64,000 bases of DNA from assembly GCA_050273025.1 (NCBI GenBank), contig CP158636.1:10974001-11038000 (forward strand), read 5' to 3'. This DNA comes from Cenococcum geophilum. Lineage: Eukaryota. Positions 1 through 14,715 of the stretch are shown here, one piece after another. The position numbers and the translations under genes are program-made. Under the pieces are notes generated by a model. The model saw only the letters and a list, made by a program, of their open reading frames with translations. It made no database searches and was not told the DNA's origin. Each line of letters opens with the position of its first letter. The first letter of the stretch is position 1.

Positions 1-1479
1 ACGATAGTAGATATATATATTTTTAAAGTACGTATAAAGCTAAAGATATCCTAGCCTATATACTTAAATGTGGCCCAGTTATAAGCACCTAATTAAGCCG
101 CCTAACTAATCTGTTTATTAAGCTCCTTATAACACTTGCTATAACTTTATAAAGGGAGCTTTAGTGCTATAAATTCGGTATTTATTATAGCTAATATCTA
201 AGCAAGCCTTTCTAATGCTGTGTAGAGGGCTTTAAGCAGTTCTGTAAGTTCGGGTATAGGGCTTTAGCTTAGAAGGCCTCTAGCTATAAGGTATAGCGAT
301 TAATCTAACTAAAAAGTATATGTTACTAGGTCCGCTAGATTAGAAATATTTTTTATTAAACCTATTATTTTATCGCTTATTATATATTAAGATAGGGTAT
401 AACTTGCTAGATTTACCGTATTAAGCTATATATATAAAGCACGCTCTAATCTTTAGTTATTATATTATTTAGGCCAGACTGCTATAAGAATAAGTTATAC
501 TAGATATAGAGATAGTAAGCATAAGAGCCATAAGAATAGCTAGTGGGGTTAAGTAGGGTTATAGTATAGATCTATACCTATTAAGAGTGAATAGGAATGC
601 ATATATATAGCGTAAACAACATTCCATAGGCTAGATAATTGGAAGATAGAGCCATCCTAAGAATGCTATAGCTGCGGTATAAATAGACCTTCTATATACT
701 ACTAAGTTACGATAATAAATCAAGCAGCTCTCGGAACCGATGCTAAAATATAAAGTAGTAGAAGAGTTTATAAAGACGTAGGTTATATAATTGTGTTTTT
801 TAGGTATAGCTGTAGCGAAAACTTATTTAGTAGATATAAAGTAAAAAATGTATTATAACCACCTACGTGCTACACGAATAATTAAGAGCCCCTTTTATAG
901 CTTATCCTAAGTTAACTTAATCAGAAAGCCTGCCAGGCGCTGCTCTATTATAGCTTAAGGCTAGCATATACTAAAGGTTTTAAAGGTTACGAATTATGCC
1001 GACTTAAAACCTAAATTAGTACACTTTACTAACGTAATACCTTAATAGCAGTAAGGCGTAAGCCTAGGTATATAATTGCTATTACCTAAGTAATCTAGTT
1101 AGCTGTTAGCAACACTATTCTTCTAACTTAGACAAATCGCTAGGTAAACTAGCGTGGTCTAAATTGGCGTATTTAAACAAGAGGATCCTTGCGTGAAACT
1201 ATTATATAGTAGAGCATTATATAACTAAGTACCCCTTACAGCTGGGCGTACGGAGCGCGTAGGTTCGACGCTTTGTTGGACATGTTACAAAAAGACGGGG
1301 TTTAAGACGAGAGGGTAGTTACCTAGATCTGGCGATCCGTATCGGGATATTGCATATCGTAATTTGTTATCTGCTGGCATAGAAAACCCTATATTATAGT
1401 TTGTCGCTATGCCGTCAGGCTTACGCTTTTTAGGGCCTTGCGATCGTTTCCTAGAAAACTAAGCACATCTCTTCTATAA

Positions 1480-1930
1480 GACGAAGCCATCCTTATCGAA
1501 AAGAGTCACGTTCTTATTAGTTAAAAGAAGGCGTCGGCGTTCACGGCAGGTTAAAAATGCATTAAGAAGCGGAAAGATAGTCTATGCAAACCGCGCAAAA
1601 AGTATTTCAATGCTTAAGCTGAGTGTAAGGCGCAGTTATAATACAAGTGCTCTAGCTTAGCTAACGCTCTAACTAGGTATATTACAAGCCGTGGCTTTTT
1701 AGGGTTAGAAGACGGCTTAGGCACAAAGACAAACTTAGGCTTATTAAAGGCGATATAGAGATCGGTCCTAAGAAGAAGGGCATTTAAGAGATCGTTAAGA
1801 GTGTTTGCTGAGCTTATGTTATATCTTAACATCCTATTATTATACCACTAGTCAACTTCTTTTTGCGGACAAATATGCGCAACCTGGGTTCCTTCTTTAT
1901 AACTAGTTATACGGCACGAAACATCTCGAG
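1480..1930 (-). pseudogene. RIP-inactivated fungal HNH endonuclease (HNH_2-like) fragment
   Basis: Minus strand reads RDVSCRITSYKEGTQVAHICPQKEVD*WYNNRM...NALLLRTDLYIAFNKPKFVFVP, then after a frameshift SIEILFARFA*TIFPLL. This matches the RDxxC..AHI..N..LLRxDLHxxFD..LFARFAW pattern. Both stops are TAG at expected Trp codons (RIP-type). Boundaries approximate. Confidence 0.75.
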
Positions 1931-2947
1931 CTTAAAGAGTAAGGGTAAGGTTCAATGTTGCGAAGGATTGCTCAGGAGCTATAAGGCCACAGCCTGCCGG
2001 ACCGGTTCGCTTCTATAGTTAGGTCGGGTAGTTAATTAACGAATTCCGCCTACCAAGACCACCTAGACTAGAAGCGTTTTGTGGTTTCATATTCTACCCC
2101 CAAGCTCATTACTTTAGCTCACAAGTCTCTACCATAACGCGTCGCTATAGCCGCTTATTGGTGTCGTTATTCAGTACATTCTGGCATGGTTTACGTGGAC
2201 AATCTTTGCTTAATCTGTCAATTTTATATAGCTGGGCCTGAAGCGGAGGCTTTACATCTGTGTTGGTGACAGGGAGATAAGGATCGCAGACTTCTTAGAA
2301 AATCGGTGCGGGTAGCTACTCTCTTCCAGAACTAAATCTCGTAGCTAGAGTCCGCGAAAACGACAATAGGATGCTTTTGTGGCTCCAATAGCAGAAGGCG
2401 AAGATGTTAGAGAAGATAAGTATTACCGAGGTCCTAGGAGACGGCGCAGTTTCGATGCCTCCTTATTGCAAGATTTTTCCTACAATAAAAAGCCGTGGAG
2501 TATCTTCTAAGAGATTGTACCGGATACGGATATAGATAATACCGATGGCGAGCTTAATAACTGCGATAATGGTAGAGAATAATATTTAAAAAGACGGCGT
2601 CTAGTAAGTTCCTATAATTGTAATGATCCTAGTTAAAAGTCTATCTTAGATCTCTATTCTAGATAATATTACTAAATATTGCTTCTAAGTTCTATTTAAT
2701 AAATTACCACTTTATATGCCCTCCTTGCGCATCTACTATAGCTTAATAACGTTTATTTATATTCCCGGTATACATTTAAATTTCTTAGATTAACCCGAAC
2801 AGAGTTATACCCTCTCGCTATAGACATCCACAGTGACTTAGTTATAATCCGTGGACCTTCCCTTACCCCACTGTCCGATAAACTCCCTTAATACTATCCT
2901 ACTCACTAAACACCTGCAATGCCGCTTTTGCAGTAGTCCTTAATAAG

Positions 2948-3113
2948 CCTAAGCAATAGCTATATTATAAAATTTATACCATTTAGAAGCCCTAAGTCTT
3001 AAAAAAAAAAGTATCTACGTTTGGTAATAATAACGCGTTATATAAATAAATAAATTAGATATCTATAACTTCTACTTAGCGGATTTTGCTTATGCTTTTA
3101 ACAAAGCTCGCTA
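2948..3113 (+). repeat. Dispersed copy of the subterminal region of the TIR element at 61536-63660
   Basis: ctaagcaatagc..tttagaagccct..tttggtaataataacgcgtt..ggattttgcttatgcttttaacaaa.ctcgc is colinear with about 63407-63573. Confidence 0.85.
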
Positions 3114-4989
3114 AATTAAAGCTTATAAGCGGTGTAAAATCCTAGCTATAAGCTTAGAGGGGAAGCTAACTTTGCAATAGATAGTAAAAGGTTAAAAATT
3201 GACATTCCCTAACTACCGAAGATTAAAATATATATACTCTTATACTGTCTACCTGCTATTTCTGCCAAATAAGAGTCTAAAGTCTTAATTATTAAATCGA
3301 GCCTACCCTAGCCTAATGCCTCCAAGCTTTATAGAAGTCTGCCATTAAAGTTCTAACTTTGTAAATATCTATACGGGTCTCTTAGTTGTAGATAGCTATT
3401 ATAGCTGGTAGTGAAGCTGATAGTAGCCTTGTATATAATTTCTATAGATATTCTGCCTAGGTACTTAGTCTCCTATATTACTATATCTTAAGTAGGTAAA
3501 GCAACTTATAAATTCTAATAAAGAATAACACCTGCCTAATAGAGTTCGGCTTTCGTTCTTGCCTCTTTAATACCTAGACAGAGTATTAAATGTCCAATAA
3601 TAGACTTTTTAATGCTTTTTAACTCGTCAGCTTCATACTACTTCTTATATTAGGTTTAGTTTACCGCCTTATACCTTTTTACTTAGTATACTAGGAATAG
3701 CTTTAAAAGGAAACTTAGAAGAGAAAACGAACATAATATTAATATTAGAGAGGATAGAAAGTGGAGGATTTAATAGAAATACAACCTACAAGTAGCTAGG
3801 AGGAAAAGGATATTTATAATACGAAGAGATATCTTCCATACTAGTCCCGCGCCTTGCTACGCTATATAGTGGAGTGCAGAATTTAGTTGATGCGACATTC
3901 TACTAGCTCAAATCGAGAGGAACGAGAGCGTTTGGTGGTGTTAAGTATTAATAGCGGAGGGTTAAGTAACCGAATTTCATGCTAGCGCTGTGTGGTTATA
4001 TAAAACTAGAATTATCTAAGGGTGCCGATATGCAAGGAGCCGTGCGTATTATTCTAGTGCAGTAAATAATACACGCCTTTTGTAATAGGTGAAATCCATT
4101 CCTTCGGACCGTCTATTCGTACTAAGTATAATATTATCTAAAGCTGCTATACGAATATGGGGAAGAGGTAGTGTTTATAGAACTGCTTTATAAGACTGAC
4201 GAAGCGGAATAGATCCTAGGTTTATTATATGGTGGAGAATGTAAGTATCTAAGCTATCTACGGGCGATGAACTTTAGGTAGGTAGTATAATTCTTAGAGT
4301 AACGTTCCTTCCAAGCGTTAGAGATTTAGAGATTTAGAGATTGTGATAGAATATAGCATATGTACTACTATGTTAATAAGCCCTCTACGAGTAGACTACC
4401 CCGTAACTACTAAGCTAAAACTTAGGCCAGGTTGGGAATTAAGCTAGAGAATTAGATACTGAGATCCAATTCTTATATAAAGCTTTTAAATAGGACACGT
4501 TGCCGATAGCAAGCTGGTTTAGGTGCTATAATTAGGCACCTAACGCTTAACTAATTGCGAAAAGAAGAACCCTAGTTAAGAGCGAGGAAAACTTCTAGTA
4601 TATAGTTGCGTGCAAGGCGGAAGCCGATTTTGCTAGCGACTATATATAGCCACACCAACACAAGGCAACAGCAATATATATTTAAGTCACTATTAAGTCT
4701 CCTTTATACGGCATATAAAGTGGAGCTAGGTTTGCTAGCAAATATATAAGGGGACCCTAAAACTTTTCTGTTAGAAATATAACTATAACTAGATAGCTAT
4801 GCAGCTGAAATATACTCTGTAACTAGTAATGCTCCATAACCTAGCTTACCTTAATCGCTCGCCCTACTTACCCCTACTCACCCCACTTACCCCTTATCTC
4901 ACCCGGCATCCTTTATTAAAGCGGCCCTACTTACCTCTAGAAACGGAAGGAGCTTTTACTAAGGTTAATATTTAAGTAATATTTTATTT

Positions 4990-5458
4990 GTAATAAAGTA
5001 TAATATAAAGCTATAATTAAGTAATATATTTTATAAGTAAACTACCTACCTAAGTAAACTATTTACCCTATTTTTACTAAAACTATAAAGTAGTGTTTTA
5101 ATAATGGCTTAATAATAAACTCTAAAAATTTATAATTAGATTTTCCTATACTATTATATTACTCTATAAAAATCTAGGAGTAAAGAATACAGTAGTTATT
5201 AAAATTAAGTAATTAGCTTAAATTTTTAGGCTAAAATATAGTATCTTTAGAACTATAATATATATTACTTCTAGATTTCTATAAGGTAATATAATAGTAT
5301 ATAAAGGCTTAATTCTAAAATTTTAAAGCTTATTATTTAGCTATTATTAAAATACTACTTTATAGCTTTAATAAAAATATAGTAGGTAGTTTACTTAGGT
5401 AAGTGGTTTACTTATAAAATATATTATTTAATTATAGCATTATATTATACTTTATTAC
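4990..5458. repeat. Degenerate AT-rich foldback / long inverted repeat (arms about 210 bp)
   Basis: 4990-~5203 aligns with the reverse complement of ~5244-5458 (e.g. gtaataaagtataatataa..ttttataagtaaac.ac.tacctaagtaaacta). Confidence 0.75.
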
Positions 5459-5724
5459 TTAAATATACTATAATAAAATTTTTATAGTAATAGCTAAAGT
5501 ATATATTTTATTATAGAAAATTTAAAGAAAATTTTAACCTTTTTTAAAATCTCTATTTTTTAAAGCTATATAACTATTTATTAATAATAAATAGTAATAA
5601 AATAAATACATATATGTATATTTAAGGCTTTAAATATACTATATTTGAAATTTTATAATAATAGCCCTAGGGGTTACTATTTTATAAAGGTTGAAAATTT
5701 GTAATATTTTACGATTTTGTATGG

Positions 5725-5775
5725 AAAAAGGGTGTGCAAGAGGTGGCACTATACGCGAGGTGGCACGGACTCCTA
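5725..5775. repeat. Isolated DNA-transposon-like terminus
   Basis: GC-rich island in AT-rich DNA with a duplicated GAGGTGGCAC motif, ending ggactcc-TA. No partner end was found in the window. Confidence 0.35.
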
Positions 5776-5971
5776 TTTAATATATAGAAATTAATTTTAT
5801 AAATTAATTTTTTTTAAATTTATATATATTTATTTTTTATTAATTTAGTTAACTTTTTATTAAAAATAGTAATAAATAAGCTATTTACTATTTAAAAATT
5901 CGCTTTTTATATTGTATATATATTTTATATATCTATATATCCATAATAAATTACTTATATATATATAATTA

Positions 5972-7412
5972 AGAACGGATGCGCGTGTCGGTACATCAAT
6001 AGACGGAACCGTTCGCCTCTAGGGCGGTACGCCGGTGAGATATACTTAAGGAGCAAATAGGAGTTACTTAGGCAGGGGAGGCTTTTTTAGTCTAGGCCTT
6101 AACTGTAGAAGGTACCTAAGGCTTCTATATTGCAGGATGCAGCTACGACACCTTTATAGGATTACGCCAGTAGGCACGTAAGACGGGAGTTACGACCCCT
6201 GGAAAAGGCAGCTTATGCCTATACCGGCGGAAATAATGAAAAAGGTGTGAAACTAGAGGCTATGGAAGGCTCCCAAGCCGTACGAAAGCGTACTAACTCT
6301 AGGAGGAGACTCTTATATAGACCGCGGGGGGGCGGACTAGTACTTAGGCTAATAACCTATTATAAGATATCTAAAAGAACTGGTGAAACCCCCCGTTAAG
6401 GTAGTGGCAGCTAACTGCTTGTGGAAAGCCCCTAGGCCTTTAGGCCTAGGTTTGGGATAAATACTAGAAAACTAGGGTAGAGGCCTAGATAAGCAGGCAT
6501 GTTAAACTCTACTATATAACTACCTGCTCGACAGTTAGAGATATAGGCCAGCTTATAAAAAGGGGGGATACAAGCTTAGTTAGTAGGAGGGGGGAGAGCA
6601 GGTCGTCTGGTGCGGGACCTAGTGTCTCTACGGCCCCCCTCCTTTAAGACACGGTCGGCCTATTATAAGGAGACTCCTATAGGCAACGCGAAACGGGAAC
6701 TAGTAGTATATAGGGTGTTGCGCCCCTATATTACTACTAGCTTCCTATAGAGCGTAGTATATAGTAGCTACTGCTAGCTTTAAGGACCTTACCCCTTAAC
6801 TAAGCTCTAACCTTTAGTGCACCTAGTAGGTAGGTAGGATTACACCCTAGCTAGAGAGACTACTATATAGCTCGAGAGAATGGATACGCGTGTTAGTATA
6901 TTAATAGACGGAACCGTTCGCCTCTAGGGCGGCTTGCCGGTAAGATATACTTAAGGAGCAAATAGGAGTTACTTAGGCGGGAGAGGCAGTGGCTCGGCCT
7001 CGCCCGTAGAAGGTATACCCAACTATATTACAGAATACAGCTACGACGCCCCCGTAGGATTACGTTAGTAGGCGTAAAGATAAGAGTTACAACCCCTAGA
7101 AACGGTAGCTTATACCTACGCTAGCGGAAATAATAAAGAAAGGCATAAAACTAGAGGCTATAGAAGGCTCCCAAGCCGTATAAAAGCGTACTAACTTTAG
7201 GAGGAAACTCTTATACAAACTACTGGGGGGCAGACTGGTACTTAGGTAATACCGTTATAAGATATCTAAAAGAACTGGTAAAACTCCCTATAATTAGTAG
7301 TAGCAGCTAACTGCTTATAGATTGGGACTAAAGCACTAGAAAACTAGGGTAGAGGCCTAAATAAGTAGGTATATTAAACTTTACTATATTACTAGTTAAT
7401 ATATAACTACCT
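5972..7412. repeat. Two diverged direct copies (~5972-6527 and ~6878-7412) of an unclassified RIPed repeat
   Basis: Both start gaa.ggat.cgcgtgt..gta.at.aatagacggaaccgttcgcctctagggcgg and stay colinear for about 540 bp with transitions and small indels. Confidence 0.75.
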
Positions 7413-7415
7413 AGC

Positions 7416-8303
7416 CGCTTTAGGGCCTAGGCCTATATAAAGGAGGAAGGGAGACGCGTAAGAGGTTAGTAAAGACAACAGTAAGATAAAGAAAGGAGCT
7501 AAAGTAGAATATATAAGAACGCTAGGAAACCATCTACCGCAATGCAATATTAGTTGGACTAACGCTAAAGAGGTAAATAGGAGTTAAAGGTACAGAGGCT
7601 AACTTAGGTAAGACGAACCTAAGCTATAGTATAGTTAACGCTATAGGGGGTAAATACCTAAGGGCTCCAAGAAGGCCTAATAAAGGTAGAAAATATAATA
7701 GTAACACTCTTAAGAACAGGAATAATAGGACTAAAAGATTAGCTTTACTGGGTGGGTGTCCTAGTAGGTAGCCTAAGATATAAATGTGGCTGGCTAAGAT
7801 AAACACCAAAACACGTAATACTACCATGCCCCCTATGCACCAATTAAGAAATAATGCTCTTAGTAGCTAGCATAAAGAGCTATAATACACTGCTCTTAAT
7901 ATAAAAAGGCCTTAAGGCGGTTACCTAGTGGCTTATTAGTTAAAATATACTAAATTAGTTCTAGGTTATAAGGGAAATAGTAATAGAAGGCAAGGGGGCA
8001 AGCAGTAGGTGCCCCCTAGTAACTCTATAGTAGTAGAGTAAAAGTTTATAATACTAGCGCGTCCGTAGGCTTATTACGGCAGTAGTGGTTCCTAAAGAGG
8101 TTAAATAGTAAGGTAGTAGAGCACTATAGGCGACTTATAGGCGCTAAGTAGGCGAGTCCTAAAAGGCGGGGAAATGGATTACGGGGTTTTCTTATTTTTC
8201 TTAAATAGAGTTTTCTCCCCATATATAAATAAGGAGTAGTCCGCGTAGGCCCAATAGGGATTTAAATCGGACGTTAAGCAATGAATTATTATTATTATTA
8301 TTA
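7416..8303 (+). mobile_element. 5'-truncated LINE (Tad1-like) 3' end, RIPed
   Basis: Near-identical to 15087-15966. Encodes the ORF2 C-terminal zinc-binding motif (LRTGIIGLK..QTPKHVILxCP-like) and ends in an (ATT)n tail. Confidence 0.8.
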
Positions 8304-8790
8304 TATATATAATTAATCTATAATACTATTATTAATATAAAAATTTAATAAAAATTTAGTAGATTAGTAAATTATTAAAATAAACTTATATATTATTACC
8401 ATATTTATAATTTTATATTATAATTTTATATATTATAATAATATATTTAGTTATTAAAATTATTATAATAGTATAATAGTATAATAATATATATAAATAA
8501 TAGTATAATAATATATATAAATAATAGTATAATAATATATATAAATAATATATATTAATAGATAAAAATTTAAGTAATTATATAATAGTATTGTAATATA
8601 ATAGTATTGTAATATAATAAATATTATTATTATTATTATTACTATTATATTACTATTATAAGTATAAAAATTAATTTTTTAATAAAAACTTAAAGAAAAA
8701 CTAGGAAAATAAGAAAGATTATATATTTTTAAGTTTTTTAATTATATACTATTAAATATATATATAGGTAATATTATAAAAATATAATTA

Positions 8791-11700
8791 TGTATAATTA
8801 TAGCACGTGGCATACCAGACGCGTAGTTACGCGTTTAGTACACTAACTAATTATATGCTGACTAATTAGGGGGAAGGCGCGTTAGTATATAGACTATATA
8901 GTCCACTTTAATAGAATTAATAGTTACCACTATCTAAAAGAGTATACGATACTATACGTATTTCGTGCCCCTGGATATAACTTACCTATATTATTAAGTT
9001 AATATAAACACTAATCAGTAAGCGCGCACAGATTAGTAATTACTTAATACCTCCCCCTAAGCAATATATGACAGAAACCACCTATTTAAATCCTAGTACG
9101 ACCTGCTAGAAGGTTAGAAGTTAGGGATTATAGACTATCACCAACTCTGTATACTTATTTAAGTCTTAGTACGGTTTACTAAAAGTTTATAAACGCGAAT
9201 ATAGACCTTTATAGAACCCCCTACCCTCCTATAAACTATTATAGACCTATTAATTACCTTTACGGACCATTATAAGACCTCTTAAACTATTACGGACCTA
9301 TTAATTGATTTTACGGACTATTATAAGACCTCCTCCACCTGCTATAAGCTACTACTACCTATTACAGCTTATATAGACATACTACGCTATATAATATGGC
9401 AGATATAAGTAAGTAAATTAACGAAGGTTAAAAAAAGTAGAGTTAGGGAGTCAACCTTACGTCTATAAACGGCGTTAATAACTATATTAATTTTAAAATC
9501 CTTAAATATAGACACTTTAAGCTTCTAAACGACGATCTATGGGAATAATATAAGGAAGACTTTGCGGACTTTACAGAAGCTATCTTTAAGACTTATAACC
9601 TTATAGCTACTTATAACCTATAAACCCTCCTATACAACTAAGGTGTATAGGTTAAAAAGAATAGGCGAGTTACTATTATATAGTCTCTATATAACATACT
9701 ATATAAAGAGGACTAAATGGAATAGACTAAAAAGTAGATCCTAAACTATATTAAAACTGACAGACTCTTTACCTCTTTTAAACTTAATAGGATTTCTAGT
9801 TTTATTAATAACCTATTTAACTAAATTCGTCCTATAGACTAAAGAGATCTTAGAATTAATCTTACGGGCCAAAGTATACCTAGTACTTAAGTTACGGACC
9901 GTAATACCCCCATAAACTAAAATACGGACTAAAACCCATCTATTACTTAAGTTATAAATCTACAAATTACCTAAATAAAGACCTATAGTAAGGAGCTAGC
10001 TAACCTAGCTAAGCTTTATACTAACGAATCCAAGTATAGCGGTAAAAACGATAACTTTAACTTTAAACTAACCATCTTTACGGACCTCTGTTAGAAGGCT
10101 GATATTCCTAAATAAGAGTTTAGCTAAGCCTATTCTACTATACTGCGCGGCCTAGCCCTTAACTACTATTATACTAACCTTAAGAGCAACCCCCTTGGTG
10201 TTCCCTTTAATAAGCTATATAAAGCTATATATAACTACTTTAAAGGGCCAGAATATAAGCGTAATATCCTTATATAATAGAATGCGATTAAGTTACGGAC
10301 CGTAATTAATAAGAACACCAAAAAATTAACTATAGAGTGCCTGTAAATTCTTATTAAAGACCTTCGGCACCTATAGTACGGCCTTGATACTAAGCTTTAA
10401 ATAGGCGACTTTTTATATAACAAACTTATTATAGCCTACTAGGAAGTAGAACCCTATAAATACGCCTATTATAAGCCTATAGATACCTTAACTGGCCTTA
10501 TTAACAATTTATGGTCCTTTATTACAATATATAAAGTTTTAAACCCGCTAGGTAGTATTTAAGCCTTTATTACGGACCTATAAAACCTATAAACTAACTT
10601 AGATGCCTACTTTACGGACTGCCGCTACCGCTAGTAGCACCTATACTAACTAAGTCCCACCTATAACCCCTATAGCAACTCCCGTATAAAAGTATACCCC
10701 TATAGACAAACCAGCTAGAAGTGCTTTATATACGGTAAGGAAGGATATTAGTCTATAAGGTATACCTAGGAAGAACGTAATAAGTCTAAGAAGAGATTTA
10801 ACAATTAGATTAACTAGTTTATCTTAAACTATAAAGGAGAGAAAGTAGAGAAGTCTCTTAACAAGTTAATAGAAGCCCTTATAATTAACTTTAACTTAAA
10901 TACTTAGAAATAGGAGACCTTAAAGACGTTCCTAACTACTTTTAGACCTTTTACAGACGGCTAAGCCTTTAATATTACGACCGTATTAGCTGACCGCTCC
11001 TTTATATACTTAATTGCACCTAAAAACTAGCCCATAAGTATACCTATTAGATCCGTTATAGATATTATAAACCGCAAACAGGACCTATTTGCATATATTA
11101 CTATAAAACGCTATACCCCCAAAGAATTCTATAGCGTTATAATCAATATAAATACCTCTAAGAAGTCTACTATAGGTTACGGATAATACCTTATATATAA
11201 GACCACTATAAATAACAATACGGACATTAATACTATATAAACTAGGGCCATAAACGTCTAATTTAGCATCAGCTTAACTGCATTAATTAGATTAATTACA
11301 GTTAAGACCCTAATTAGCCTAGTTAACTTCCACGTAGTAAAAGCGGACACCCCTTTTCTACTCTATTTTACGGATATAGATAGGTTATAGGTTTACTATA
11401 ACAATATTACAGACACCCTAATTAGCCCCGCAACTGCCCTAGGAAGCAAGCATATTACCCTACTAATTATATAACAATTTAGACACCCGCTCCTTATATA
11501 GGGAGAGACTTTACAAACCTACATTTAAAAATCTTTTAACTATAACCCGTGCTACCTTACTAGTACTAAAATCTACCGCCTATACCGCCGTTTTAGCTAC
11601 TTATTAGCCGAAAAGTTGTATAGAGTCCTTAAACGCTCTAGATATAACAATATTAATAGGAAGGCAATTAACTACCTAACTAAATACTACTCCTTCTGCT

Positions 11701-14700
11701 GGAAATACGGACGTTCCCTAGGCCGATTTAAGTTTACTCTTTATAAAGACCTTAATTTTAACTACTTAGTGTATATAAACATTATATACATTAACGGCAG
11801 CCCAGTATTATATATAATTAATAAGGTAACCCGCTATTAAGCCGCCCGTTAGTTATAAAATATATCCATAAAATATACTTAGGATATTTTACGGACCTAC
11901 TAGATTAATACATACGTTAGACCCCCTAAGTATATTACCTATAACGCCGGTAGGAACTTTATTAGTAAGGAATTCTAATAATATACTACGGCTATAGCTA
12001 TTTTAACAAAAGCTATTCTAGTTAAGGCGTACTAGTCTATTAAACTTATTAAATAAGCTTACTTAACTTTACAGAGAGCTTACTAGATTATTATAGACAA
12101 GTATAAGGATATTTAAAAGGAACTAGCTTTATAGATAGCTATAAAAGCCGTTAATAACACCGCTAGCCCTAACGGACTAGTACCTATCCTTTTAGTTTAT
12201 AGAGCCTACCTAAGGATAAGTAACCTAGGCCTTTTTGCCCCATCTATTACGGAACAAGCAGCTATAATATAGAAGGGAATAGCTAAAATAGTTAAATTAC
12301 GGGCCAAACAAGCTATTAATAGCGCCCTATATTACCGCAACGGACCTAACACAACTTTAGTTTATAACCTCCCGCTTAATTCTAAAGTCCTTATATAGCG
12401 TAAAAGCGGCAACTAGACTAGACCTTATTATTTACTAGCTATAAAAGACAAAATATACTATATATAACTTCCTAGCAGACTAACTAACTTTAGAAGCACG
12501 TTTATAAAACCCTACTTTTAGTCTAAAAATACTTATACCGTTAAACTAGATAAACTAGAAGCACCCCTACCTACTTTAGAAGTTCCCTAGAAACCTATTA
12601 AACCTGCCGTAAAGCGCGGTTAAGGACACCCCAAAAGCACCCTATAACTAAGAACCCCGTAATAGAGAATTACCTAACCTCCGCAGGTATATCCGTAAGG
12701 CAACTTCTACCTATAAATATATTAGTTCTAATATAGGAAATACTTTTTACAGACTTATAACGCAAGGAGATCAATAAACTACTTAAAAAGGGTGTTTTTA
12801 CAGCCGTAACGGAGAGAGACGTTCCGTAAGGCGTCCGTATATTTAACTTACGCTTTATTAACAAAATTAAGCACCCTAGTACTAACAAAGCCTTTAAAAA
12901 ATTAAGGCTTATTATATAAGCTTATAACGACTAGGGAAAGGACTTAATCTTTATACAATCGTCTATAATTTAACAGGTTAGTTAATAGATTATACTTATA
13001 CTTACGCCTAAACTATAGCAAATTAAACCTATAGCCCTCTACTTATGGGATATTTTATAAGCCTACGTGCAGTCTAATACCTACCTAAGTAGGGATATCT
13101 TTATATAACTACCCCTTAAGCTTAATTTGCAACTAGGAATAATTTTATAGGTTATAAAACCCCTTTACAAAGTGCTAGAAGCTAGAAACTACTAGTTTAA
13201 AACATATTACTAGCATTACATCCATAAACTTAAGATGGAGCAGTTAATATATAACCTCTGCCTCCTATACACCCCATTAAACGGCCTTAGTATTATTAAA
13301 CTTTAAACAGATAATACCCTCTTTTTAGCGGATTAAACTTTTACGGACGCTAAAGAAACTAAACTATAAGAAGCTAAGTTCCTAGTAAAGCCGTAAGAGT
13401 AGTTAACTAAGTAGACTCTAATTAAGTTTAATAAAGGTTTAATTACATAAAAGGGCAATTTAATTTAGCTAACTTAGGAACACTAAGCTTAAAACCTAAG
13501 GCTTATTATAGTAAAGCCTATAGACCTTACTAGTTCCTATAGAGAGACCTATAAGACCGTAAATATAAAGGACTAATACGTTGTATAGCGTGTAAGAGGC
13601 GCCTATATTACTATAGTCTATTAACCTAAATCTGCCTATAATTTATCCTTTGCGGCCTAGGTAATAGATCTATAAAAGAAAAATATTAAGCAGCTTAATA
13701 AGCGTATTTAGTAGCAAATTAATAATATAATAAGAGGACTTACTTATATACTACTAGACCTAAATTCCCTTAGCGTATTAGTATTTACGGATGCCTCCTT
13801 TGCTAATAATAGAGACCTATTATTATAAATTGGCTTTATAATTGCACTTATAGACCGTAATTAGGACGTAAATATACTATATTAGTCTTTAATTAAATAT
13901 AAATAAGTAACCCGCAGTATACTAGCTTCTAAACTATATACACTAGCCTATAGCTTTAATATAGTAGCCGCAATCAAATTAACAATCTAGAAGATCCTAT
14001 AATTAAAGTAGTTACCCCTAATTTTATATACCAATTTAAAGTCCCTCTATAGCTACCTAGTTAAACTAGGTACGATATAAAAAAAGAGGCTTATAGTTAA
14101 CCTAATGTACTTATATTAGGCCTATAAACGACATAAGATTATAGAGGTTAAATAGATTAGTAGCGGAGATAACCTAGTAGACGCTATAACTAAGGTAAAG
14201 CTATACTAAGCTCTTAAAACCTTAATTAACACAAATAAGCTTAATCTAAAGGTTATAGAATAGGTGGAATAAGACTAATGGAGTACTTATAGTTTATTTA
14301 CGGCCCGTTAGAAGGCCGTATAGTTTATTTTACGGACCGTAAGCAGGACTTACGGCCAACTTAAAGCACCGTTTGGAAGGCAGCCCAGAAGGCACCTCGG
14401 AAGGGATTTCCTATACATTTCTTTTATGCTCTACGGTTCTATTAAAGCAATTATAGGGGCTATATACAAGTAGGTCTATTTTTAAGTGCCGCTAGTATAT
14501 AATTATAGCACGTGGTATACCAGACGCGTAGTTACGCGTTTAGTGCACTAACTACTTATATGCTAACTAATTAGGGGGGAGGCGCGTTAGTATATAGACT
14601 ACGTAGTCTACCTCAATAGAATTGACAGTCACCACCATCCAAAAGAGCATACGATACTATACGCATTTCGTGCCCCTAGATATGACTTATCTGTATTATT

Positions 14701-14715
14701 AAGTTAATACAAATA
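8791..14715 (+). mobile_element. Full-length Ty1/copia LTR retrotransposon E, RIPed
   Basis: 220-bp LTRs at 8791-9010 and 14496-14715 with 5-bp TSD AATTA on both sides. Degenerate PR (~11140), IN (GRFKFTL ~11720), RT (~12800-13400) and RNase H (FTDASFANN ~13785) occur in copia order. Confidence 0.93.

Noticed and set aside
3120..4850. Possible RIPed host-gene relics
   Set aside because: Composition suggests former coding DNA, but no motif could be identified with confidence.
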